A stretch of 64,000 nucleotides of DNA from Patescibacteria group bacterium UBA924 (GTDB lineage: Bacteria; Patescibacteriota; Microgenomatia; UBA1400; PJMF01). This document shows positions 19,614 to 29,046 of the stretch, one piece after another (the first letter of the stretch is position 1; each line of letters opens with the position of its first letter). The stretch is taken from NCBI GenBank assembly GCA_002293725.1, contig DBDU01000026.1, positions 6,313 through 70,312 of the forward strand, read 5' to 3'. Below the pieces are notes generated by a model. The model was not told the DNA's origin and did not search any database. It worked only from the letters and a program-made list of their open reading frames with translations. A program made the translations under genes and the position numbers.

Positions 19614-20498
19614 GTGCTCAAGACAGTCAAGTCTCAGACATCACCATTTTTTTCAATTGTTATTCCCACTTTAAATGAGGAAAAGTTTTTGCCTAAACTT
19701 CTTGCTGATCTGGAAAAGCAGACGTTCAAGAACTTTGAGGTTATTCATGTGGATGGTAAATCTGACGACTCAACATGTGTGAAAGCAGCCGAGTTTAGTC
19801 AGAAAATTGCTCTTCAAACAGTAATTAGCCCCAAACGGAACGTCAGCCATCAACGGAACACAGGTGGAAAATTTGCTCGAGGTCAATGGGTCGTATTCAT
19901 GGATGCTGACAACCGACTTAAACGAAGCTTCTTGAGCCAGTTGGCTATCAAATTAGAGACAAACTCTGACACGGAAATCTTCACTTGTTTGATAGATAAC
20001 AAGCACACTTCTGTGGTAATGAAGAACTTGCTCGATCTCTCTAATCTGATTATGGTAGCTACCGCCAAAGTTCGTCCATTTGCAGCTGGAGCATTAATCG
20101 GAATTAAACGAGAGAAGTTGAAACACATTCAGTTTGACTGTGATGCCAAGATGTCTGAAGATCATTTGTTCGTAGAAGAAGCCGTCAAAAATGGCTGCAA
20201 GTACCGGGTATTTACTCAGCCTAGATACTCATTTTCGATGCGGAGATTTGAAAAAGAAGGCTCAGTTAAAGTAATCGTAGCGTATGTCAGAAGTGGGGCT
20301 ATTCTTCTTGCAGGTCCAAGATTTGAACGCTTCCTGCCGGAGTACCCAATGATGGGTGGAAGTGATTATAATGAAGATAAAGCCTTGCGTGGATTTTTAC
20401 CTAGCATGCGCGATATTATTAGCTCGACGACGAAAAGACAACAAAAACAAATGAGAGTGATCATTTCGCGTCTTCAACAACTGATCAATGACATCTAA
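19614..20498 (+). CDS. Glycosyltransferase family 2
   Basis: SIVIPTLNEE, VDGKSDD, RNTG, FMDAD, SED, SMRRF. Confidence 0.9.
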   Translation: MLKTVKSQTSPFFSIVIPTLNEEKFLPKLLADLEKQTFKNFEVIHVDGKSDDSTCVKAAEFSQKIALQTVISPKRNVSHQRNTGGKFARGQWVVFMDADNRLKRSFLSQLAIKLETNSDTEIFTCLIDNKHTSVVMKNLLDLSNLIMVATAKVRPFAAGALIGIKREKLKHIQFDCDAKMSEDHLFVEEAVKNGCKYRVFTQPRYSFSMRRFEKEGSVKVIVAYVRSGAILLAGPRFERFLPEYPMMGGSDYNEDKALRGFLPSMRDIISSTTKRQQKQMRVIISRLQQLINDI

Positions 20499-20928
20499 AA
20501 AGTACTTCTCTCTTCTCCGCTGGGTTCTTCGTTTAGGCTTTATTTTCATGATTTGTGAAGCTATCTATCACGCCTCGGGTGTGCGAATGGCTGGAGTAGA
20601 AGCTGTCTGGCCAGAAGAGGCAGTTGTCTTTAGTTACTTCTTTATGATGTTGTGGTCCTCTGTTTCAGTCTTCGTGGCAGTTGTCTTGTACTATCTCCAA
20701 CAACACTTGGAAGAGTCTAAACAGTTGCTCGTCTACTTAACTATCCCGTCTTTTCTTCACGCGGTCATGCTTATCTGTCTCTCTTTTACCCCGTACACGG
20801 AGATCTTTTCTCTGCCTAGCCTTCACGTTTGGGTGCCTTTTTATGAGTTCGTGATTCGGACAGAAGCAGCACTGTTACTGACATATGTTATCTACATTCT
20901 CTACGGCAAAACGAGAAAGTTCCTCTAA
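20488..20928 (+). CDS. Four-TM membrane hypothetical protein
   Basis: Four hydrophobic segments; lies between two glycosyltransferase genes with overlapping or abutting ends. Confidence 0.7.
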   Translation: MTSKKYFSLLRWVLRLGFIFMICEAIYHASGVRMAGVEAVWPEEAVVFSYFFMMLWSSVSVFVAVVLYYLQQHLEESKQLLVYLTIPSFLHAVMLICLSFTPYTEIFSLPSLHVWVPFYEFVIRTEAALLLTYVIYILYGKTRKFL

Positions 20929-20929
20929 C

Positions 20930-22051
20930 ATGGCAGCCCCTCGCGCCTTACTCTTTACTACCATTCAAGGTCATGCCAGTATTGCTGACTCCATTTCCAA
21001 ACAGTTAACCAAGCGTGGTTGGCACACTTTAACCGCTGCGTTTGAAGACCCGGCTTTAGCTTTTTACCGTTTAGTTTATCGGAATGCCCCCTGGGCATGT
21101 GGGATTTACTACCGTTCACTTTTTCTGCCTTTTATTAGAAAGCAGATTGCTGCCTATACCAAGAAATCACATAGACAGGTATTTGAAAAAGCGATCAAAG
21201 ATTTTCCTACCGATATCATCATCGGGACGTCATATGGTTTTGACTCATTAATCCTGGAGCTCCAAGAAACACTCCGGGAAAAGAAGCTCCTTCCGCCAAA
21301 GTTTATTAATATTGTGGTGGATCCGCGTACATTTTTTGCTACTAACTTAGTTAAAACTGCCGATCTGAACTGTGTGTTTGATGAAGAGATTGCTCGACGT
21401 TGCAAAGAGTTAGAGCCGAATGCAAACGTAGTGGCTACAGGTTGGTTTGTCCGCCCAGAGTTTGAAAGTACGACACCCAAAGCAAAGATGCGTGAGGCTT
21501 TAGGACTTGATCCACATCGGCTCACTTTTCTTTTTGTTGCTGGCTCGGAAGGTGAAAATAAAAGTGCCCATTTGATCCCCAAACTATTAGAGCATAAAAC
21601 ACCTCTGCAGATTGTTTTGGCATGTGGCAGTAACCAAAAGTTGCGCGATAGATTTCAGCCATTAGTTGATCAGTATGCTGACCATTCAGAAAAAACATTC
21701 TTAACACTGCCATTTACGAAAGAACTACATCGATATGTTCGCGCCGCTGACTTACTTGTTGGCAAAGCGGGACCGAACAGTATCTTTGAAGCCGCTGCCT
21801 GCGGAACCCCTTTCTTTGCTACTACTCATATCTCGGGACAAGAAGATGGTAATCTGGAAATCATTTCCGAGTATAAGATTGGTTACGTAGAAGAAAATCT
21901 GGGGAAAGCTGCCCAAATGCTAGATAATATTCTGGAACACCCAGAACAACTCAAAACATTTGATAGCCATCTACAGAAACTGGCTAAGTATAACGACCAA
22001 GCAGTAGATAGATTAGTGGCCGCAATTGCAGCCGTTTCCTCACAACAGTAA
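20930..22051 (+). CDS. GT-B glycosyltransferase, GT28 MGDG-synthase/UgtP-like
   Basis: QGHASIA, GWFVRPEF, AGSEG, ACGSN, ADLLVGKAGPNSIFEAAACGTP, GQEDGN. Confidence 0.85.
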   Translation: MAAPRALLFTTIQGHASIADSISKQLTKRGWHTLTAAFEDPALAFYRLVYRNAPWACGIYYRSLFLPFIRKQIAAYTKKSHRQVFEKAIKDFPTDIIIGTSYGFDSLILELQETLREKKLLPPKFINIVVDPRTFFATNLVKTADLNCVFDEEIARRCKELEPNANVVATGWFVRPEFESTTPKAKMREALGLDPHRLTFLFVAGSEGENKSAHLIPKLLEHKTPLQIVLACGSNQKLRDRFQPLVDQYADHSEKTFLTLPFTKELHRYVRAADLLVGKAGPNSIFEAAACGTPFFATTHISGQEDGNLEIISEYKIGYVEENLGKAAQMLDNILEHPEQLKTFDSHLQKLAKYNDQAVDRLVAAIAAVSSQQ

Positions 22052-23854
22052 CTACTTAGAAATTTCAATTGATTTCAGCTCTTCTAATGTCGTGGCTTGA
22101 TCCCATCTTTTATCGTCGCGAAACTTGATAAAGCGAGGAAAACGCAGTGCCTGCCCAGCGGTGTGAATTGGCGAAGTGGTTAACTCATCGGCGGCCACTT
22201 CCACAACCAACTCTGGCGCACACCATTTATCGGGAATAAGAGCTTTATTGACAACGTAGGAAGGTGGCTGCTCGCTGACGATGAGAGCATCACAACGGCG
22301 CTTCACTTCGCCAAGCGTTTCTTCAGTCAAGCCAGTCCCAATTTTCGCTAAGCTCAGCACTTGTTGTTGCTGTTGATCGTATACACCGACCAGGAAAGCA
22401 CCAATTCCAAACTCAGCCCTCTTTCCCCGCCCTAGATAATAGCCCATGACAATGACGTCAAGCGTATCGCTGAGCTTCCCTTTTCGTCCCTCGGCCTCTT
22501 TCATCTTGACCCAACTCCAACCTTTGCGACCACTTTGATAGCCTGAGCTCATCTGTTTCATGACAACACCCTCCAGCCCCTCAGCCAGTGCTTGTTCGTG
22601 ATACTGACGGAGCTGTTCGGGATCGGATGTCACTTTGCCTTCTGTATGAACGAGCACATCATCATCGGTAAAGACTTCTTCCAATAGTGCTCGTCGCTCT
22701 TTGAGCGGTTTGTCGATGAGATTTTCACCATTCAAGTACAAGAGATCAAAGATATAGAAACGAACTGGAATCTCGGCAGCTTTCTCCGCTACTCCATGTT
22801 TGCGTTTCCGTTGAATTGTTTGTTGGAAGGAGATCAGCTGATTAGTCTGCGGATCATAGCCAATGGCCTCACCATCTAAGACACAGTTTTGGCATTTCAG
22901 CTTCTCCACTACTTTATCCAGCTCTGGGAACATGGCTGAACTTTCTTCTAGATTACGAGTGAATGTGCGTAGCAAAGTGGGTTTGCCATCTCGGGCTTTT
23001 TCAACATGAATCTGTACTCGCAGGCCATCGTACTTGGGCTCCGCAATTACTTCATGCATTTTTTCTATAACTTCGGTGGCACTGTTTAACCGCTGGCACA
23101 GTGCAGGCACTACTGGAACGCCGAGTTGAATCGTGTACTGCTCTGACAACAATTTGTGACGTGCGTCTGCATCATCTACTCTGAGATACTCTGCCGCCAA
23201 CTGACCAATATCAGCCCGCCGCTGATACGCAGCTTCCAACATCTCTCGTTCTGACTTATCTCCGCACATAGCCCACGAGAGCGCGTCCATGATCGTCATG
23301 TCGGAAAAACCCAACCGTAGACGACCCAACAGTATCCGGACTACAAACTTGGCTGAGAGAGGATCAAGCTTTTCAAAAAGCAGGACTGCTTTATCTTGTT
23401 TACGTTGCTGTGACTGTGCTCCAGAGTCTTTGGCAATATCCAGTAGAAGCTCATAGAGCTCTGCCACGGAGAGTGGAGTTGAAGTCTCACTACTCTGCTC
23501 GAAATATTGAGTAAGAGTCTCCTCAGCTACCTTACCTAAGTCACCAACTTCTTTATAACGACGCTCTACTTCTTTTTCAGCTTGAGTACTATCACTTTCC
23601 TCAAACAACCCAACTGTCCCCATTGACTGCATTGGCTTTAATCGTGCCAGGACCTTTATTACCGTTTTAACTGCAATCTGGAACTCTAGACCATAGTACT
23701 GGGGCAGCAGCTGTCCCTGTAAGAGATAACAGGCTGGTCGAACTTCAGCTGGCTCAAGTTTTTTAAGAAGATCTGACAGAATAGCAGTGATCTCTAATCG
23801 AGAAGAAGTGGTTTCTAGCTTATTTAAGTACTGGGAAAGTTGATCAATAGTCAT
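22052..23854 (-). CDS. lig: ATP-dependent DNA ligase (DBD + adenylation + OB domains)
   Basis: EPKYDGLRVQIH, VLDGEA, IFDLLYLNG, EGLEGVVMK, WVKMK, ALRFPRFIKFRDDK. Confidence 0.93.
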   Translation of the reverse strand: MTIDQLSQYLNKLETTSSRLEITAILSDLLKKLEPAEVRPACYLLQGQLLPQYYGLEFQIAVKTVIKVLARLKPMQSMGTVGLFEESDSTQAEKEVERRYKEVGDLGKVAEETLTQYFEQSSETSTPLSVAELYELLLDIAKDSGAQSQQRKQDKAVLLFEKLDPLSAKFVVRILLGRLRLGFSDMTIMDALSWAMCGDKSEREMLEAAYQRRADIGQLAAEYLRVDDADARHKLLSEQYTIQLGVPVVPALCQRLNSATEVIEKMHEVIAEPKYDGLRVQIHVEKARDGKPTLLRTFTRNLEESSAMFPELDKVVEKLKCQNCVLDGEAIGYDPQTNQLISFQQTIQRKRKHGVAEKAAEIPVRFYIFDLLYLNGENLIDKPLKERRALLEEVFTDDDVLVHTEGKVTSDPEQLRQYHEQALAEGLEGVVMKQMSSGYQSGRKGWSWVKMKEAEGRKGKLSDTLDVIVMGYYLGRGKRAEFGIGAFLVGVYDQQQQQVLSLAKIGTGLTEETLGEVKRRCDALIVSEQPPSYVVNKALIPDKWCAPELVVEVAADELTTSPIHTAGQALRFPRFIKFRDDKRWDQATTLEELKSIEISK

Positions 23855-23907
23855 ACGGCTATTCTACTGAGCGGAGTCCGCGAATGTCAGTCTGGAACAT
23901 AAGCTGA

Positions 23908-25008
23908 CTATCGACGAAGCTTATACGTTACACCTTTGGTCACGCCACGCTTCTCAATCACACCTTTCGCCAGTAAGTCTTTAATGTCACGTAAAATTGT
24001 GTCCACAGAGATATTAGGCAGAACTTCCTGAGCATCAGCTGAGGTGACTTCATCTCTACTTTGGAAGAGTTCTAGTAAGACAATCTGTCGTTCAGATAAA
24101 GCAACCTGTTGGCCACCAAGCTCTTGTTTTAACTTGGTGTCTTTAGACAACTTCAACACTTGTTGTTTAATCTTGTCTATCTCAACGGCTAAGCCATAAC
24201 AGAAGTACTCCACCCAATAGGTCATCTCATTTTGCTGCTGAACAGATAACAACGCCTGATAGTACTGCTCGACATCATCATCAAAGTATTTTTCTAAAGA
24301 AAAGAAACGTTTGAAGTCATACCCTGATGAGTACAAAACCAAGGTAGCCAAAGCACGAGCGGTTCGTCCATTCCCTTCAATAAATGGATGCACATATACT
24401 ACTTGGTAGTGGGTAATAGCCGCACGGAAGATTGGGTGAAGCTGTTGTGTTGCGGGCGAGTTTAGCCAAGCAAAAAACTCTTCGATTAAGTATGGAATCT
24501 CCACAAAAACAGGTGGTCGAAAGACTACGGAACTATCGCTGGCACTGCGGACAACAACTTGTTTATCGCGATATTGACCAATGTATTGCGGGTCAATTAA
24601 GCGCTGCATGGTAAGTTTGTGCAACTGTTTTAAGATGCCTTCGTTGAGTGCCTTGGGATCTGAGATGTAGTCCTGCCAGTTATTAATCCACTCAATGACT
24701 TGGCGATAGTTAATCACCTCTTGCACATCACGCTCGCGGGCAATAATGCCAGCTCGCTCCGCGGCTACTTTTCCATCTTGGTATGCGTCAGCTCCCTCGA
24801 GGTTAACTAACTGCCCAGCTTGCTCTTGGGTCAAGTCATTTCCCTCAATCTTGGTACCGTAGTGAATCGTTCGCCGTAAAGCATCGTCACGAAACTTCGC
24901 TTCCCAAGCAGGTACTAACGCCGCGTTATCAATTAAGGCTTTGGCTGCTTCAATTCTAGAAACATACGTCAGCAAGTTATTGGTAATCGTAAAGTTGGGT
25001 TTGAACAT
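23908..25008 (-). CDS. Fic-domain protein with C-terminal winged HTH
   Basis: Canonical HPFIEGNGRTAR, N-terminal TKIEGN inhibitory-type motif, C-terminal SVDTILRDIKDL..KGVI. Confidence 0.92.
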   Translation of the reverse strand: MFKPNFTITNNLLTYVSRIEAAKALIDNAALVPAWEAKFRDDALRRTIHYGTKIEGNDLTQEQAGQLVNLEGADAYQDGKVAAERAGIIARERDVQEVINYRQVIEWINNWQDYISDPKALNEGILKQLHKLTMQRLIDPQYIGQYRDKQVVVRSASDSSVVFRPPVFVEIPYLIEEFFAWLNSPATQQLHPIFRAAITHYQVVYVHPFIEGNGRTARALATLVLYSSGYDFKRFFSLEKYFDDDVEQYYQALLSVQQQNEMTYWVEYFCYGLAVEIDKIKQQVLKLSKDTKLKQELGGQQVALSERQIVLLELFQSRDEVTSADAQEVLPNISVDTILRDIKDLLAKGVIEKRGVTKGVTYKLRR

Positions 25009-25083
25009 GCAAGGCTTCGATGTAGTTTGACGTAAATAGTCACTTCATCGTTAGCCCTATTTTTGCATAAATTGCAATAAAAG

Positions 25084-25959
25084 CTAGCTGGGATTCTCAG
25101 ATGCCTTACCGGTTCGCAACTGCCACAATGCTTCAGGGACAGCGGTAATTAACATTGAGGCATTAAAAAATGATCCATACTTTTCGGCTAGTACTTCCCC
25201 TGCTCGTTTATTCACGATCGAGCCCACGACGCTTGCTGTCAGCAGGTCATTTGTACACGCCAGTGCCGCTACTAAACCTGCTAACACGTCTCCAGTTCCG
25301 CCTTTGGTCATCCCTGGGTCTCCACCTTCAATGGAAATAACTTGATCGACTGTACAGACTCGATCAACTTTTCCTTTGAGCAACAAAGTGATGCCGTTCA
25401 ACTTTTGACACCATGCTTGGAAGTCAGCATCACTGGCAGTGAGGAGTTTTTCTTGCACGGAAGCTTCCTCTTGTCCTTCGATCTTAGCCAATAACATAAC
25501 CAACTCACGAAGGTGTGGTGTGATGATCATGTTTTTGTTCAACAGCTGAGGAGAGATCATCTGGAGTGCGCCGGCATCGATAACCCATTTTTTATCCGAG
25601 AATTTTGCGACCAGTTGCTCAGTTACCTGAGTAGTATCTTCACTTCTCGTCATACCAGGACCAATCAGGATACAGTCTGCTTCCTTAGCGTACTCTTCAA
25701 CCTCTTCCCGTTTGACCACAATTCCGTTCCAAAACTGCCCTTTGGCTTCCTGAATAAGGTCGTTGTTGGAAGGCACTGAGGAGTAGAAGACCATGTCTAC
25801 GAAACAGGATGCTACGTCCAAGCTCCAGCGCGAGGCCGCATGAAAAAGTTCTGAGCCTCCAACAATTAAGAGTTTTCCGTTCTGTCCTTTATGCGAATCA
25901 GACTGCGGAATACGAAGCTGTTGAAAGAAAGAGTGAAGGTGCAGAGGAAGCGTACGCAT
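25084..25959 (-). CDS. nnrD: NAD(P)H-hydrate dehydratase (standalone)
   Basis: DSHKGQNGKLLIVGGS, IGPGM, VIDAGAL, ITPHLRE, GMTKGGTGDVLAG. Confidence 0.88.
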   Translation of the reverse strand: MRTLPLHLHSFFQQLRIPQSDSHKGQNGKLLIVGGSELFHAASRWSLDVASCFVDMVFYSSVPSNNDLIQEAKGQFWNGIVVKREEVEEYAKEADCILIGPGMTRSEDTTQVTEQLVAKFSDKKWVIDAGALQMISPQLLNKNMIITPHLRELVMLLAKIEGQEEASVQEKLLTASDADFQAWCQKLNGITLLLKGKVDRVCTVDQVISIEGGDPGMTKGGTGDVLAGLVAALACTNDLLTASVVGSIVNKRAGEVLAEKYGSFFNASMLITAVPEALWQLRTGKASENPS

Positions 25960-25973
25960 ATACTGATCGTGAC

Positions 25974-27047
25974 TTAGAGCTGGATGAGTTGCAAGTTGGG
26001 AATTCGTTGACGGAGGTCTTCAGCAACACTGTCTTCCGTGGTAGTCACAACGGCCTGTCTTTCATTCAGCAGCTCTTCAACTTGTTTACGGTGCTCACGA
26101 TCTAGCTCGGACAAAATATCATCTAACAACAGTAACGGACGCAGCCCCATGTGTTGTTCTACATACTGCAGCTCACTTAGTTTTAACCATAAAACCGCAA
26201 GCCGTTGCTGACCACGAGAACCAAACTGCGAGACGTCAATCCAGTCATCATTTGCTGTTGATAAAAAATTAACCAAAAAATCATCTTTATGCGAACCAAT
26301 CAATGTATGTCCTGCTGCAATTTCTTTTTCCGCATACTGCAAGAATCGCTCTTCGCTGACCACAGAAGGTACATACTCCACCCGAAATTGAAGCGGAAAT
26401 TCCGCAGTTGAAAACTGGCTAAAAAACTGCCGACGGTGCTCTTGAATCAGCTGTCCATGCTTGAGTAATAACTGTGTCCAGTAGTTAAGAACTGTCTTGG
26501 GCATGTTGCCATCACGGACTTGGTCGATCAGCTTGTTTCGCCGCTTCAGTGCGTTCTCATATGTAGTCAAAGATGTTCCATAGTGAGGGTGAACAACGGC
26601 CAAAATAGTATCAATGAACTGCCGCCTCCGAGTCGGAGAGCCTTCAATCAAGCGCATATCTTCAGGTCGGAAAACTACAGTCGTAAAGTGTCCCAAAAAG
26701 TCTTTTTTGCGGCGCCTCGTGCCATTCACAAAGTAATGTTTGCGCTGCACGGCTTTTCCCTGAAGTACCCCGCGGGTTAAAACTACTTCTAGCTCATCTT
26801 CCCCTACCTTGGTTTTTACCCGAGCTAGTTCTTGCCCGAAGGCAATCATGTCTTCATCCCGTTCGGCACGAAAGCTCTCACCAGTCGAAAGTAGAGACAA
26901 CGCCTCAATTACCGATGTCTTCCCGACGGCATTATTTCCCACAACGACAGTTACTTGTGCAGCTGCCTCAAAAGCTGAGGCACCAAACTTCAAGTTCAGT
27001 TGCTTGTGGCACCGGAAATGCTGAAGAACAAGACCATGGACAGACAT
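25974..27047 (-). CDS. recF: DNA replication/repair protein RecF
   Basis: GNNAVGKTS, FRPEDM.LIEGSP..RRQFID, GSHKDD, GSRGQQR, LLLDDILSELD. Confidence 0.92.
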   Translation of the reverse strand: MSVHGLVLQHFRCHKQLNLKFGASAFEAAAQVTVVVGNNAVGKTSVIEALSLLSTGESFRAERDEDMIAFGQELARVKTKVGEDELEVVLTRGVLQGKAVQRKHYFVNGTRRRKKDFLGHFTTVVFRPEDMRLIEGSPTRRRQFIDTILAVVHPHYGTSLTTYENALKRRNKLIDQVRDGNMPKTVLNYWTQLLLKHGQLIQEHRRQFFSQFSTAEFPLQFRVEYVPSVVSEERFLQYAEKEIAAGHTLIGSHKDDFLVNFLSTANDDWIDVSQFGSRGQQRLAVLWLKLSELQYVEQHMGLRPLLLLDDILSELDREHRKQVEELLNERQAVVTTTEDSVAEDLRQRIPNLQLIQL

Positions 27048-27091
27048 GTCAGTGCAACACTACCATACAGTTTGTCGAACTACGATCAGCT

Positions 27092-28819
27092 TTATGGTTT
27101 GTGTTCAATATTAAAGAAAGCAAAGCCAGATTGCGGGATAGCGCGATAGCCTGAGGCACGAATGTTAAAGGCTGTCTTAAACTCTGTTCCGGATAAAGTG
27201 ATCTCTCCCTTATCCGTTTGGAAGACAACTTGGTTAGTACTTCCATTACCTTGAACTACTCTGACACTCGTAACCCGAGACGGACCATCTGACTTTGCTC
27301 TTAACTCTTCACGGGTATAAGGATTCCCACCCCAACACGAAGTGGTTAATGGGGTAACTCGATCATCTCGATAGCGAGCTGCGTTAATGATGTCAGCCAA
27401 GTCTTCACCTGTCAGCCAAGGGTTGGACTGGCCACACTTATCAGAGGAAGCACTATATCCTTTGGTGTACCAGGCTTTATATAACCAAGGTGAGCCACCA
27501 ATCTTGTCATAGGACTTATCAACAAAGTCACCACCACCTGAGCCATCGGTAGTATCCCACCCAATCGGCGTGGCATACCCACCATGAGTAGAAGCGTAGA
27601 AGGTCACTACATCTTCTAGAACCATACCCTTGGTGTCTTCAACTGCTTTCTTCCAAGACTCTGGAGGATTGTCTGACTTTGACTTATTGAAAACCTGACA
27701 CGCTTCAGTAGTACAGATCTCTCTTCCCTGCTCTTTATAACGATAGGCATATGTTCTAGCAGCCACAGCTTGAGCCTTGAGCGCTTCACTGTTCCAGCTA
27801 GCTGGCATTTCGGCAATACCGTACAGGTACTTTGACTCAAAGTCCATTGAACCGTGTCCAGCTACCTGAATACTGCCGCCAGTATCCTTAGAAACTGGCT
27901 CTTTTCCATAATATGCCTTGAGAATCTGCTTGTAATCTTGGCCAGACTGCGCTCTCCCTCGCGCCCCATACTGACTCATCCCTTTGCGGTGAGTGTGCGC
28001 GCCGAACGAAAAGACGGCGAAGCTGCCCGAGGGGGCTGCTTCACGGAAGCCTTTAATTGAAGCGTTATAGTCGTCTGCCAACTCACTATTACCGATAGAA
28101 GCAGTAAAGCCTCCTGACCGGGCATTTAAGATCTCCTGTTGTTTGGCGCTTAAGGCCGCAATTTGACTGGATAACTGTGACTGGTACGCTTTGGCACCTT
28201 GAATTTCTTTACGGAAAAAGTCGGCTTGGGCGTCTAGCTCTTTTTGTAAAGATGCCAACTTCACTTGCGTTTCTTCTAAAGTTTTCTTTTGGGCTTCGAG
28301 GTCACGAATTTCATTTCCAAACTGACGAATGATCCGATTGTCTTGCTCTTCTACAGACTGCCGGTAGGTAAGATCTCTCGTTAAGAGAGAAGCATCAGTA
28401 TTGTTGAGAAAGATTAAAAATGGAGACTCAAATGCGGTTCGTTTGTATCGAGTAGCCACCCGTTGAGTAAAAATTTGGTACTGCGTAGCCAAACGCAGCT
28501 CTCGCTCTTGGATAGAAGTCGCCACATCTTCGGCTTGTTTCTTGGCAGCGGTAATTCCACTGAGCGCTTTCTTAATTCGACTATCTAGGGATTGAACTTC
28601 TTTCTCTAAAGGCGTGGTAGCGTCTGCTGAAAGTTGAAGAAGTTTAGACAACTCATTTTTTTCTTTCTCTAACTCTTCGATCGGGTCCATCGCATGCACT
28701 TGGTAGTGAGAAACGTATATACCACCCACTAGACCAGAGAAAATGATACATAACGTTAAGCAAAGAGAGATTTTTGCCGTCACCGAAAGACGCCGCAGGA
28801 GTTTGGGCAGTACAACCAT
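27092..28819 (-). CDS. Coiled-coil + SpoIID/LytB-domain peptidoglycan lytic transglycosylase
   Basis: Signal/TM, long coiled coil, GMSQYGA...ILKAYY, YLYGIAEMPASWNSEALKAQAVAARTYA, CTTEACQVF. Confidence 0.85.
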   Translation of the reverse strand: MVVLPKLLRRLSVTAKISLCLTLCIIFSGLVGGIYVSHYQVHAMDPIEELEKEKNELSKLLQLSADATTPLEKEVQSLDSRIKKALSGITAAKKQAEDVATSIQERELRLATQYQIFTQRVATRYKRTAFESPFLIFLNNTDASLLTRDLTYRQSVEEQDNRIIRQFGNEIRDLEAQKKTLEETQVKLASLQKELDAQADFFRKEIQGAKAYQSQLSSQIAALSAKQQEILNARSGGFTASIGNSELADDYNASIKGFREAAPSGSFAVFSFGAHTHRKGMSQYGARGRAQSGQDYKQILKAYYGKEPVSKDTGGSIQVAGHGSMDFESKYLYGIAEMPASWNSEALKAQAVAARTYAYRYKEQGREICTTEACQVFNKSKSDNPPESWKKAVEDTKGMVLEDVVTFYASTHGGYATPIGWDTTDGSGGGDFVDKSYDKIGGSPWLYKAWYTKGYSASSDKCGQSNPWLTGEDLADIINAARYRDDRVTPLTTSCWGGNPYTREELRAKSDGPSRVTSVRVVQGNGSTNQVVFQTDKGEITLSGTEFKTAFNIRASGYRAIPQSGFAFFNIEHKP

Positions 28820-28923
28820 GGGTCGAGACTATCGGCTAATCAAGAAAAAGTAAAGTAGAACATAGGTTGGATTTTAAAAAAAGACCTAGTGATTAGTTCT
28901 TTTCCCTTCACTCGTTATCTCAC

Positions 28924-28953
28924 AAAACGCCAGGTGAACCCTGGCGTTTTTTT
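28924..28953 (+). terminator. Strong terminator-like hairpin in a divergent intergenic region
   Basis: aaaacgccagg-tgaac-cctggcgtttt plus TTT. Confidence 0.6.
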
Positions 28954-29046
28954 GTTTCTTACGGTTTCTATCTATTTAAAACTCTTCTATTTTTATACCG
29001 AGACCCCAGTGATATAATCAATATAGTTTTAGACATCTTCGAATCA

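Noticed and set aside
23908-25008. Fic toxin-antitoxin pair
   Set aside because: No small adjacent antitoxin ORF; an inhibitory-type motif is within the protein itself.
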